Translations under genes and position numbers: made by a program
In this document: one piece after another, positions 40,525-52,817 of the stretch
Numbering within the stretch: the stretch's first letter is position 1
How the letters are laid out: every line of letters starts with the position of its first letter
The notes under the pieces: model-generated
Database searches by the model: none
What the model was told of the DNA's origin: nothing
What the model saw: only the letters and a program-made list of their open reading frames with translations
Source of the DNA: Eledone cirrhosa
Lineage: Eukaryota
Length of the DNA stretch: 64,000 nt
NCBI GenBank assembly: GCA_964016885.1
Contig: OZ024741.1
Location: 189,348,001-189,412,000, forward strand
Direction of reading: 5' to 3'

Positions 40525-40710
40525 GAGTTGCCACTAAGTCAGCTGCCAGAGGTATTTGGAATGAATGAAAATGTTGATATCACCCGAGAGCTCCATGAAA
40601 CACATCAACTATTTGAGTCTTTCCTGCTCACCATTGGACAAACAGGCGAAGGAGCCTCTGGAGGATCAGTCGATACGCTCAGTGACATTGCATCAGATAT
40701 TTTAGCCAAG
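40525..40710 (+). CDS. DNAH12: Next exon of the same dynein heavy chain
   Basis: ttttcag|GAG acceptor and AAG|gtttgt donor; 186 nt, phase 0-0. ELPLSQLPEVFGMNENVDITRELHETHQLFESFLLT...DIASDILAK continues in frame from ...YVEFIK and matches the dynein LPxxxxPEVFGxHxN motif. Confidence 0.9.
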
Positions 40711-41019
40711 GTTTGTTGTTTATCTCTTCACATTTTGCTCAAATATTCAGATCTTATATTAACTTTTAACATTCCATACCACATGAAACCACACTAGCAA
40801 GACATTCTTAAAAAGTACAAAAGAGCACGATGACAAAACCACATTTAAAATTGAAGTCTGTACTTTGAAACTACAAATTTTCACCAAGATCTGCCTACTA
40901 GTATAGATAATTAATATAAGTATCTGAATTAACAAACCCCTTTTTAGATATTTTCTATTAAATCATTAGAGGATTTTAAGAATTAACGATCAGATTACGT
41001 ATTGGTGTTATGGTAGTAA

Positions 41020-41230
41020 AGGAGTTTGGTTAAGGCAGTGGTTGAGTGTGGTTAAGGTCATAGTAGGGTGTAGTTAAGGTAGTAGTAAGGTGTGGTTAAC
41101 ATAGTAGTAGAGTGTGGTTACCATAGTAGTAGAGTGTGGTTAAGGTAGTGGTGGAGTGTGGTGAAGGTATTAGTAGGATGTGGTTAACATAGTGGTGAAG
41201 TGTGGTTAAGTTAGTAGTGGATTGTGTTTG
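41020..41230. repeat. ~21-bp minisatellite
   Basis: Repeats of gtagtagagtgtggttaa-like units. Confidence 0.8.
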
Positions 41231-42754
41231 AGTAGCAAACTTTGACTTCTGTAACCTAGGTAGCTTATGTAATGATGCATGTGGTTTGTAAATGTAACCT
41301 ATACATGCATCAGATGAGTAACATATGGTTAGTAGATAGTTTCTGTTACTTAGGTAACTTAATATTGTTTTGAGTTGTGAGGAAATTATCTTATAATAGG
41401 GTCAGGTGTATTAACTTACAGATACTACATGACTGGGACATTATTTTATTGATCCTGATAATATTTGAATCCTGACTGTAAATGGTTGTAATTAAATACC
41501 AACAGCCATTTTAGCAGCTGCTCTACCTTTTCTATTATCCATTGATCTAATATTTAAAATGATAGTGATTTTTTTCATTACTACTTGGGCGGTAGATAGG
41601 CAGTTGTTATAGTTTTGGATAAAATGCTTAATGGTGTTTCGTTATCACTTTCTACATTCTGAATTCATATCCTATTTAGGTCAAATTTGCCATTCCTCCT
41701 TCCATGGTTGATTAGATAAAGTAGCAGTTAAGTACTGGGTGCTTAAATATTGGGAGGAAAGGAGAACGTCAATTACATTGACTCTCCCCTTTCCTCAAAT
41801 TGCTGGCCTTGTGCCAATGTTAAAGAAAATTATTATTTGAGGAGCAGTTGCAAGGTCAATGATGATAATACTGATTTCTAATGTAAGCACAACGCCAACA
41901 GTTTGTAGAGAAGGGAATTCAATTACATCAACCCCAATATGTAACTAGTATTTTACTTTTTTGATCTCTGATGGAGATGGCAGGATTTGAACTCAGAATA
42001 TAAAGAGTTGGAAATTATTGATTTCCAATTTAGGGCTCGAGGCCTGCAAATTTTGAAGGAGAACAAATTTGATTAAATCAACCCCAGTACTTTATTTTGT
42101 TGACCGTAAAAGGATGAAAGGCAAAGATGACTTCAGCAGGATTTGAATTCAAAATGTAAAGAGCCAGAAGAAATACCACAAAACGTTTTGTTTGATTCTG
42201 TCAATTTACTGCCCTGCGAATGATAATAATAATATACTCATAACTTATCCATAGATGTGTGCGTCTGTGTTTATGGTTGTGTGTGTAATTGTATGTGTGT
42301 TTGTGTGTGTAGGCATGACAAAGTGATTAAAAAGTTCATTTCACCATCATAAGATCTCAGATCTAATTTACACGTGTGGCATCTTGAGCAAGTGACTTTT
42401 ACCATAGCTTCTGATCAACTCTAGCTTTGTTTAGTAAAATTAGGTAGGTAGATGGAAACTGTAGAAACCCTTCAGATGGATTGTACCAGCAATACAAATG
42501 GCCAGCCTCACACCATGCTTTGTCTTACTGATTCTGAGAAGTAAGACCAGAGAGGGGACATGTAAGCTAGATGGCATTGGCCTACAATTTAGAGGACAGG
42601 AATATTCTTCTCAACTTCTTGTTCTTTTATTCTGTTCTGTTACTTATAAATACATCATGTGCAGTGTATACCTGCAATGCATATGTAAACCATATGTATT
42701 TAGCAATGAGTACTAAAATATTTCATGAAATGGGAACTGCATTTCATATTTGGG

Positions 42755-43471
42755 ACTATTAGCAGCTTTGAGAGCTTACATTTCATATATGGTCTGAGTC
42801 TATTAGCAGCTTTGAGAGCCTACATTTCATATATGGGTCTATTACCAGCTTTGAGAGCTTACATTTCACATCTTGTCTGGGTCTATTTCCAGCTTTGAGA
42901 GCCTACATTTCATATCTGGGGTCTATTACCAGCTTTGAGAGCCTACATTTCATATCTGGGTCTATTACCATCTTTGAGAGTCTACATTTCACATTTTTCT
43001 GGGTCTATTACCAGCTTTGAGAGCCTACATTTCATATCTGGGTCTATTACCAGCTTTGTGAGTCTACATTTCACATCTTTTCTGGGTCTATTTCCAGCTT
43101 TGAGAGCCTACATTTCATATCTGGGTCTATTACCAGCTTTGAGAGCCTACATTTCATATATATGGGTCTATTACCAGCTTTGTGAGTCTACATTTCACAT
43201 CTTTTCTGGGTCTATTTCCAGCTTTGAGAGCCTACATTTCATATCTGGGTCTATTACCATCTTTGATAGTCTACATTTCATATCTGGGTCTATTACCATC
43301 TTTGAGAGTCTACATTTCACATCTTGTCTGGGTCTATTTCCAGCTTTGAGAGCCTACATTTCATATCTGGGGTCTATTACCAGCTTTGAGAGCCTACATT
43401 TCATATCTGGGTCTATTACCATCTTTGAGAGTCTACATTTCACATCTTTTCTGGGTCTATTTCCAGCTTTG
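42755..43471. repeat. 39/44-bp minisatellite
   Basis: ctgggtctattaccagctttgagagcctacatttcatat with a recurring longer variant; produces the spurious 228-aa ORF. Confidence 0.92.
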
Positions 43472-45173
43472 CACAGGTCTAGTTCAGTGTGCATGCCTGT
43501 TGAATACTCAGCCATGTTCACTATATTTCAAAACGTAGGCAGTTTAATTGATCAAACAACTGGAATACTTATCATTATTAAGATCCAATTAGTTGAGATG
43601 ACTAATCTCACCCTCTTTTAATATGAGGTAAACCAAAATAATTCCCAGTTCCACGAGTAAATCTGACCCAAATAAACTGACCAAAAACAATAAATTCTAA
43701 TGAGATGGTTCATTGTCTAATTCAATTCGATTATTTACTTTTACCAAAAATAACCAAAGCTTTTCTTTGAAAACCATAGTAAGTTCTTGAAAATAATCAG
43801 ATTAAAAGCTTCCAGTTTGGACAGAACTTGTCAGAGAGACTGGAGACAGCTTAACTTTGATAGAGAGAAGAAAGAGGAGGAGGGAGTAAGTGATGGAACT
43901 TGTTTTACTTATGATTAAGATATATATAGAGTGAGAGAGGGAAGAAGAGTAAAGTGTATGACTATGTAAGAGTGAGTTTATGTGAGTGTGGGGGTTTGTC
44001 TATGTGTGTGTGAGTGTGTGAGAGTCTGTTTATGTGTGAGTGGCTGTATATTTGTGCCTGTGAGAGTAGTATGTATGTATGTATATAACCAATTTCTTCT
44101 AACAAGAGCTGGTTTTGTTAACTATCTGATAAAACCTGATCCAGGGAGAAATTGAGCCAACTGTAAGATGGTTCAACTGCCACACTCCACGGTACATTTT
44201 CAGTGAGTGTGACTTGATTTGCAAGTCACCTGGTGGACAGACCAGACATGGTAAAATGCAGGAAGGTACACCCCAACCAGTTTTACCAGGAGACAGACAG
44301 TTCAAGTATCACATCTGTGAATGTGGCTGAAAAACAAAAGTGGGTCTGAAAAGTTACCTGCATGTACATGATCATGCAATGTTCAATGAAGGGATGGCAC
44401 TCTTCTGACAAGAAGTAGTAATCAGCATGTATGTATATTTATGTCAAGTCACTCTTCAGCATACTGGTCACGTGTAACCCAGTACAACTTGTGCATGGTT
44501 AGGTTGTCGGTGACTAAACCAGCAACCCCACCAAGCTTACTTGGTGAGGAGGGTGATTTTGGACACCCTGCGGGATGAAATACAAGACCTGTCAAAGAGC
44601 GGAGGAACTCAGGAGAGTCAGCGGCCATCCAATAAAGATTATTATTTTTTTTTTTTTTTGCCTTCATTAAGACATCTCTCTAGGCCTACAACATCCACAC
44701 AACAACTCCACCTCACCACATACATGCCAATATGTCTATAGCATGCCAAAACACCACACCCCGTAATTCACATCAACCATCACTCGTCACTATGCTCACC
44801 CCCCCCCCCCACCTATCACACATGCCAAAACATTCCTCATAGCTACACCACCAATCAAAACAACATAAACTGACCACCATACCAACGCGAAACGTTACAG
44901 ACATTTCTATGCTTTATATGTTCATGCTGTCATTACAACAGCAGAGGTCCGACAGGCTTTTGATTCCAGACTCGGGCAAGATCGATACAGATCGAACCTT
45001 GAGCTAATCAATAGCGAAACGTGTGTCACCAATCAATAAATGTAATGAAGGCATAACAAATTGTCCTTGTATTATTATATTTACATTCTGTTTAGCCCTA
45101 CACCTCGCCACTGACGAGAACCTAAACATCGAGTGCTTACCTGGGTGAACAGTAACTTCATGTTTCACTCCCT

Positions 45174-45222
<49 letters not shown>

Positions 45223-45225
<3 letters not shown>

Positions 45226-48200
45226 AAAAAACGATGTTATAAGCTTTTCTGGGTGGGAAACGACGATGGGCTGGGTGGAGTAGGAATCATGGTAGCAGAA
45301 AAGTGGGCAGATAAGATAATAGACGTAAATAGAGTGAACGACAGAATAATTAAAATACGACTTGTCCTCAATAGAACTACGGTGACAGTAATATCTGCGT
45401 ACGCACCCCAATCCGGACTGCCCGGCACTATAAAAGACAGATTCTATGAGACACTGATGCTAACTACCTCCCAAATATCCGACAGTGACTATATAATTAT
45501 CGCAGGCGACCTAAATGGTCACGTTGGACAACATTGTGACGGCTACGACGAAATCCATGGAGGCTATGGGTTTGGTACTAGAAATGAGGAAGGCTCCAGA
45601 ATCCTGGAATTCTGTGATGCAAATAACCTAACTATCTGTAACACTAACTTCAAAAAACGTGACAATCACCTGATCACCTATAGATCCGGGGAACACACAA
45701 GCCAGGTAGATTATATCCTTACCAGAAGACGTGACAGAGTGTCTGTTGTAAACACTAAATCCCTCCCCCATGAAGAATGCACCTCCCAACATAGACTGAT
45801 AATTAGCGACCTCATAGTCAGGACGAGACGTACTCGACAACAGAAGAGGACTATCCTCAGGAGGAAAATATGGAAGCTAAAGGACCCCACAGCCAGGAAT
45901 AAATTTCAAAGCATATTACTTGATGCTTTCGACAGTAAGGAAGAACATTTAGAGTCGGACAATATAGAGGGAGAGTGGGAATTTCTGAAAGCAAACCTGC
46001 TGTTGGCGACAGACGAAGTCTGTGGCTGGAGCAGGCCTGTAGGCAGGAGGAGAGTAACATGGTGGTGGAACAGTAAGGTGGAGGGGTCAATTAAGGCCAA
46101 AAAGCAGGCTTGGAAAGTATGGCGGGATGGGGGAAGTAGAGAGGACTATCAAGTGGCCAGGAGGGAAGCTAGGAGACAAGTGTACTTAGCAAGAAGGGAA
46201 GCTGAGGAAAGAAAGTTCAAGCATGTTCTACAACGCGATGACCAAAAACGTGAGGTGTTCAGGATTGCTAGGCAATGCGTCAAGGAAAACCGTGATATTG
46301 TCGGGGAGAAGTGTGTACTAAACGACGATGGCACACTTGCCATCACCGACGCTGATAAGAAGGTAGCTTGGAAGTGTCACTATGAAAGGCTACTAAATGA
46401 GGAGAATAATTGGGAGAAAGGCAGTCTCCCCCATATCGACCCAATAGAGGGACCAGCAGTGTTAGTCGAGGGGAGTATAATAAGTAAGGCAATCAAGGAT
46501 ATGAAGACGGGTAAGGCGGCTGGGCCTTCGGAAATAGTTGCTGAGATGCTGAAGGCATCTGGCACGGTGGGACACACCATGGTCACCCGCATAGTTAACC
46601 AAGTCGTACAGAATGGGGTTGTTCCGAAGGACTGGCATAGCAGCATCATCGTTAACTGTTATAAGGGTAAAGGAGACGCCCTAGATAGGAGTAACTATAG
46701 AGGCATTAAATTAATCGACCAGGTCATGAAGGTCACGGAAAAAGTAATAGCGCAACTAATCAGAGAGAGAATTGACCTAGATGAAATGCAGTTCGGGTTT
46801 GTGTCAGGCAAAAGTACCACAGACGCTCTTTTCATAGTACGACAACTACAGGAGAAGTACCTAGCTAAAGGTAAACCCCTCTACTTAGCTTTTGTCGACT
46901 TGGAGAAAGCCTTCGACAGAGTCCCCCGCTCCATTATCTGGTGGGCTCTTAGAAAACTAGGCGTTGACGAATGGCTTGTGAGGGCTATACAAGCCATGTA
47001 TAAAGAAACAGTCAGCAAGGTTAGAATTAACAACGAATATAGTGAAGAGTTTAGCGTAAAAGTTGGCGTCCATCAGGGCTCTGTTCTCAGCCCACTACTA
47101 TTTATTATTGCCCTTCAGGCTATAACAGAGGAGTTCAAGACAGGCTGCCCATGGGAACTCCTATACGCAGACGACCTGACACTCATAGCGGAATCAATGG
47201 CCGAGCTAGAGAAGAAATTCCAAACATGGAAGCACGGCCTAGAGTCAAAAGGACTTAAAATTAACCTGGCTAAGACCAAAGTACTAGTTTGTAGGAAAGA
47301 AAACAAGGCGGCGGTCCCTTCTGGGAAATGGTCGTGCTCGGTGTGTAGGAAAGGCGTAGGTAGAAACTCCATTTTATGTCCTAAATGCAAAGTATGGGTG
47401 CATAAAAGATGTAGTGGGATCACAGGTAAGCTAACTAAGAACATAGATTTTACATGTGGCCGGTGCTCTGGTGCAATAAGTAGCAGCAAGTGCCCACAAA
47501 CTACTAGCTCTTTCAATTGCGCAGAGGGTTCTATAGAAATAGTGGACAGCTTCCGTTACCTGGGCGATAAAGTCAGCAGTGGGGGAGGGTGCTCTGAAAG
47601 TACTGTAGCTAGAGTCAGAACTGGTTGGAAAAAGTTCAGAGAGCTTATACCACTATTAGCTGCTAAAGGGTTCTCACTAAAAATGAAAGGCAGGTTGTAC
47701 GATGCCTGCATACGAACAGCAATGCTGCATGGCAGTGAGACCTGGGCATTGTGTGCAGAGGATATACGCAGACTAGAGAGGAACGAAGCTTGCATGCTCC
47801 GCTGGATGTGTAACAGTAATATACGTGAACGGCAAAGCATAAACGAACTAAGGAAAAAATTAGAGATAAGAGGGATCAGATGTTGTTTACTCGAGAGAAG
47901 GCTACGTTGGTATGGACACGTGATGCGCATGAAAGTCGATAGCTGTATAACAAAGTGCAGGGCAATAAAGATAGACGGTAGTCACGGAATAGGCAGACCT
48001 AGAAAAACCTGGGACGAGCTGATAAACTCCGACATCACACACTTACACCTCTCCAAGACAATGTCACTGGACCGAGACCTTTGGCGGTACTCAGTAACAG
48101 AGAAGACCCGCCTTACCTAAATATATAGTAAAACCTACTCCAGCCAGTAGGCATCTCTAACAAAATACACCCCGTCCCACCACCCCCACCCCCACCCGAT

Positions 48201-48519
48201 CCACACCACCCCGTTCTATGTAAAGTTATGATGGTGCCGCGCCATCGAGGCCGAAACAAATGAGATCGTGTAGGTGTCACGACAAAAAAACACACAGTCC
48301 ACGCTGTAATGTGGCCGTGTAGGCAACACGGTAAAAACCTCCCAGACCCACACTGTAAATGTGGTTGGTGTTAGGAAGGGCATCCAACTGTAGAAAACCT
48401 GCCAGACAGTCCTATGCGAGCAAGACAATCACTCTTGCCTCAAGTGGGACTACCCCCGTCCAAACCCATGCAAGCGTGGAACACGGACGTTAAACGTTGA
48501 TGATGATGATGATGATGAT
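45223..48519 (+). mobile_element. Near full-length RTE LINE (subfamily 1): APE endonuclease, RT and PHD finger; ORF open to 48120
   Basis: SAYAP, GDLNGHVG, VDYIL, SQHR endonuclease motifs; complete RT; no stops over ~965 codons. The endonuclease N-terminus is replaced by (TA)n. (GAT)n tail. Confidence 0.97.
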
Positions 48520-48659
48520 TATAAAAAGTCTTTATAATATAAACATACTCTACTACCACAAGTCTCAATTACTTTGGTGAGTAATAGTCTAACCAGTCTC
48601 AAACTGAGTCCATCCTGAGTTTTATATATATATATAGCGATTTCAACTAGGAATTATGG

Positions 48660-49260
48660 TTGGCTTTATTCCCTCCTTTATACCTACTACTATAGAACAG
48701 ATAAAGGCAACATTGTGCTTAGTGCAATATATAGAGCTGGAATATTATGTGTGAATAAGATGTGATCAGTAAACTGGATGCACCTTTCTATAACTATTTT
48801 GTTCAGTCTTCTTGACTTTATATGCTTCAACACTTCAACATTTCTCACCCTGTTTCTCCATGATACCTTCAAGTTTCTATGAAGACATCTCATATGAATA
48901 GTGTCCAACAGATTAATAACTACTGTGACCAATTCCTAAGTCTCTCATGTATATAAAGCAGTGGAGAGAACTATTGAGTTCTACAACCTGAGCTTTATTT
49001 GTTGGTTGATCACATTTGAGAACCAGATTTTCTTGAGTCGTTTGATCACTGAACTGGCTCTTGCGAACCTGGTTTCACATTTTTTTCAATGTCACGATTG
49101 TGGGATTGTACACTCCCCAAGTAAGTGAAGTTTTCATCAACCTCTACAGATAGCCCCTCCAAACAATATCAGAATCATCTTCTAGATCTTCAATCTTCTG
49201 GAGTTTTGTTTTCTCAGCTCTAATCCTCAGATCAATCTTTTTTCTGCTATCAATGCCATA
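48660..49260 (-). mobile_element. Old RTE/BovB-like LINE 3' fragment
   Basis: FTYLGS and HMRCLHRNLKVSWRNRVRNVEVL remnants. Confidence 0.65.
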
Positions 49261-49346
49261 GACTGTACTAAGTCAGTTTTAGAAATGAGGAACTTTGGGT
49301 GTTGAGCTGGTAACCTTACCTCATAAAACATCATACTACAAAAACC

Positions 49347-49399
<53 letters not shown>

Positions 49400-50425
49400 G
49401 AAATTGGCTGGGTATCTCCATCCAATGTTTCATACACAAAAGCCATTTATGCCTTAGCAACATCTTGTCAGAGAACTGAGTGCGTAAATGTCACCAATGA
49501 AGTATAAAAAATCCAGAAACATATGTTTGGCATTTTCACTGGCAACTGAGATAGCTGAGACATAATCACAGTTTAAAATATTCATAGTGAGACACATGTG
49601 TTTATTACACATAGCATGTTTATTACAAAGCATATATGTTTTATCATATATACTTTCATATACAGCCCTATTATGAACCATGCTATGTTAGTGCTACTGC
49701 CAATATATATATGTATATATTCAGTTTCCATGCATTACTGACTTGTGGAGTTTTGTCAAACGGTTGCCACATGTTGGACAGATATAGCTTTAGGCTGACT
49801 CCATCATGAAGATCACCCTGCCACCATCTTTGTTCTTCTGTCTGGTGGCTATCATGAAAGACATTGGGTAGTAGACATGATTGAAAGAGCTGAAGAAAAC
49901 ACTTTGCTCTTCAGCTGATCCCTCATTGATTTTTTTTCAAGTTTCACTTGAATTATGTTCTCGCTTTCTTATCATTTCCTATTTCAGTAACCCCTTGCAT
50001 TTTAGTGACCTTATAGCATTACTTGGGGGATGAGAAAATTAAAAAAAAGAAGGGATAGTGAGAATAGAAAGAAAAGTCCTGCTCCTCAGTATATTTGTTA
50101 AAAGGTGGCTGAATGTTGTAAGAATCACCTGAGTGAATGGGGTCTACTTTTAGTAAGTGCCTCTAGACTGGAGAGAACAGTGGGGAAAGGGGCACTTGCA
50201 TTTGGTAATTGGGTTAGTCTTGGATCTGTGGTGATCCTTACTTACTACAGGGTGGTGCTCCCCTTTCTGTGAAAATTTATTAATTTATTGTGACTCTGTT
50301 ACCTGTTTTTTTTTTCTGTTCACTCAATTTATGTAAATCCCCCTCTGCCCTTGTTTATTTTTGTATTGTCTTTAGTGGTTTGGCCCTAGTGGCCAATAAA
50401 GAAATCATTATTAGTTAGCTAACAC

Positions 50426-50618
50426 GGCGGTAGATTGGCAGTATCGGTAGAGAGTCGGACACCATGCTTTCCAGCATAGTTATGTCCCTTTACGGTCTGA
50501 GTTCAAATCCCGCCGAGGTTAACTTTGCCTTTCATCCTTACGGGGTCGATAAAATAAAGTACCAGTAATGTACTGGGTAATTTGCTGGCCTTGTGCCAAA
50601 AAGTAGAAACAATTATTA
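50426..50618 (+). mobile_element. Full-length Meta/MESC-type tRNA SINE with TSD
   Basis: A box TGGCAGTATCGG, B box GAGTTCAAATCC, central GCCTTTCATCCTTACGGGGTCGATAAAAT domain, flanking direct repeat attattagttagctaac. Further copies at 39170, 52596, 53163, 55090, 55953. Confidence 0.9.
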
Positions 50619-51198
50619 GTTAGCTAACTAATTTAGTCTTCTGTTGATTTAGTTATTTTATTGTCAAACCTCTTTTGTCACACTTTTTTTAATCTTTTCA
50701 ATGACTATTTTGGCTTTACACACACACACATAAAAATACACACTTAGTATTCACACCATATTAATGCTTTTTGTTTAGTGTCAAGAGATCAAAGCCATAC
50801 ACAATGATGCCAAACTTTGAACTTTTTCACTTGTGGCTCCTTTTGATCATACAGCTTGTTCATTTTTACTAAACAAAGTTATATATTTTTGAAGAATATT
50901 TAATTAAACCCATTTGGGGATTAATTTTTATGTTAACAGTTTGGGGAGTTTTTGTCAGCCCAAGTCATGCTTTACATTCAAAGAAAATATTACAAGTGAA
51001 GAATGAACATAGTATTCTGAGATATTTCTTATTAGGTAACTTGTGTTTAGACCGTGTAGCCTGAATTAACACATATATACATATACACATATATATATGT
51101 GATATATACATATGCACACACACACATTCATATATATATATATATAAGCCTGAATCAACACATATATACATATACACATATGTGTGATATATACATAT

Positions 51199-51280
<82 letters not shown>

Positions 51281-51451
51281 CGAAGGAAATGTGGTAAGGA
51301 ACCAGATGGACCATAACGCACCAAAGTACTCAATACTTAGTGTAGTAGAGTGGGTAATAGGGACAAGTATACTTGTTCCTATATATATATATTAGTAGAA
51401 CACTGGGTTATATACGTAGTAGTAGAGCACTCACTCCATGGGACAAGTTTG

Positions 51452-52310
51452 GTAGTAATAGTTCCATAACAGTTAATTCACCATTTCCGAGAACAATTGT
51501 TTCACCTTAGTCGGATCATCAGCTCGGTTATAAATGAGATTATACGGAAAAGGAAAAACAATTATATGAATACGCATGTGCAAAAGAAGTTCTTCCCAAA
51601 GGGGAGGTAACTCCCATTAGATTGATGAGTGGAAATGACTGCGAAAACTCAGAATATAATAGATTATTCATGTTATTCAGTCTAGTGGTTATGTCCGGTA
51701 GCCAGTCTGGGGCTTTAAAATTACATAATAGATGTTGCGGAAAACATAAGTAAAACTCAGATCTTGTATTTAGACAAGCATTATTATGCAATGCATTGAA
51801 GAAAGAATCAATATCCTGAGGATATTGTGTAATAGCACTTGTCTAAATACAAGTTCTCAGTTTTGCTCATGTTGTCCACACGTTTCGAAACATCTATTAT
51901 GTAATTTTAACTTGTATTTAGACAAGTGCTATTACACAATATCCTCAGGATATTGATTCTTTCTTCAATGCATTGCATAATAATGCTTGTCTAAATACAA
52001 GATCTGAGTTTTACTTATGTTTTCCGCAACATCTATTATGTAATTTTAAAGCCCCAGACTGGCTACCGGACATAACCACTAGACTGAATAACATGAATAA
52101 TCTATTATATTCTGAGTTTTCGCAGTTGACTCCCTCCATCGATCTAACGGAAGTTACCTCCCCTTTGGGAAGAACTTCTTCTGCACATGTGTATTCGTAT
52201 AATTGTTTTTCCTTTTCCGTATAATCTCATTTAAACCGAGCTGATGATCTGACTAAGGTGAAACAATTGTTTTCCAAAATGGTGAATTAACTGTAGTGGA
52301 ACTACTACTA
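51452..52310. mobile_element. Inverted pair of Penelope-like 3' ends/pLTRs (~400-bp arms)
   Basis: 51452-51855 pairs with 51909-52310; each arm encodes CLNTRSEF...HLLCNFK (PLE C-terminus) and has a hammerhead near its outer end. Confidence 0.85.
51487..51527 (-). ncRNA. Minimal type-I hammerhead ribozyme
   Basis: Minus strand: CCGAG-CTGATGA-t-CC-gactaa-GG-t-GAAAC-AATT-GTT-CTCGG. The + copy at 52236-52276 has a damaged stem I. Confidence 0.85.
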
Positions 52311-52817
52311 TATATATATATATATATATCAGTAGAGGTTATGTTGTGAGGCCATGAGCATAAACAGGTTTAAGCAATCCAAGAGCACCTCATGGCAGTA
52401 GTGTATCGCTAGTGAAATGTTGGTGATTAAGTGTAATGGAGTTCCATTTACGAAATGTTAAGACAGAGTTACTTTTACATAATTGTTTCACTGCATTATA
52501 TATAGTTCAGTATCATAGCTATGCAATGGTTATATTATTCACAGTCCCTATGCGTCATCATCAGATGTTCATACAATTATGAGGTGTCATTATCGGATTG
52601 GCAGTATCGGTAGAGGGTCAGACACCATGCTTTGAGGCATGGAGTTACGGGCCTTGCCATTCTGAGTTCAAATCCCGCCGAGGTTAACTTTGCCTTTCAT
52701 CCTTACGGGGTCGATAAAATAAAGTACCAGTAATGTACTGGGATAATTGCTGGCCTTGTGCCAAAAGTAGAAACAATTATACAAATATGAAGCTATGCCA
52801 CTGGTGTGATGCTAGCA

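Noticed and set aside
42755-43471. CRISPR-like array or 228-aa ORF
   Set aside because: Contiguous tandem units with no unique spacers; eukaryotic context; the ORF is a repeat artefact.
45133-45222. N-terminus of the 995-aa ORF
   Set aside because: Read-through of a (TA)n tract; LINE homology starts at about 45223.
48545-48625. Hammerhead-like remnant on the minus strand (similar one near 38020-38090)
   Set aside because: Both conserved boxes are altered (CTCAGGA, GAGAC); cannot be supported by eye.
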